This document shows, in pieces, positions 63,976 to 64,000 of a DNA stretch of 64,000 nt. A program made the translations under genes and the position numbers. The notes below the pieces were generated by a model. It worked only from the letters and a program-made list of their open reading frames with translations. It searched no databases and was not told where the DNA came from. The stretch is from Marsupella aquatica (Eukaryota > Plantae > Marchantiophyta). How positions within the stretch are numbered: the first letter of the stretch is position 1; each line of letters opens with the position of its first letter. Where the stretch lies: NCBI GenBank assembly GCA_973895155.1, contig OZ316896.1:3038001-3102000 (forward strand), in the 5' to 3' direction.

Positions 63976-64000
63976 ATATAAATTGGAGGCCACTTCTTGA

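Overview
This is eukaryotic land-plant genomic DNA: spliceosomal GT-AG introns, a plant Ty1/copia element and TTTAGGG motifs. A non-seed plant such as a bryophyte is likely, but that is inference. Four genes look intact: (1) a 5-exon minus-strand gene (9657-14440, ~711 aa) in which every exon encodes one copy of a C-x2-C-x16-H-x3-C zinc-finger-like module; (2) a single-exon Gly/His-rich protein with an MGCC lipid-anchor N-terminus (39309-39869); (3) an 11-exon NADK1-type NAD kinase (47422-52947); and (4) eIF1/SUI1 (60611-62161). Also present are a decayed duplicate of the zinc-finger gene (27.5-30.4 kb) and a probable WD40 pseudogene (~15.1-15.7 kb). The left end holds a copia element with gag and a truncated protease but no integrase or RT in the window; an unlisted >300-codon ORF follows it and runs off the window edge. 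Much of 17-37 kb is nested non-autonomous transposons. These include a ~1.4-1.5 kb solo-LTR-like element with non-canonical AGT...ACT ends and 5-bp TSDs, inserted independently into two copies of the same GGACCCC-ended host element, plus Tourist-, Tc1/mariner- and hAT-type MITEs. All coordinates and alignments were derived by eye; no database searches were run.
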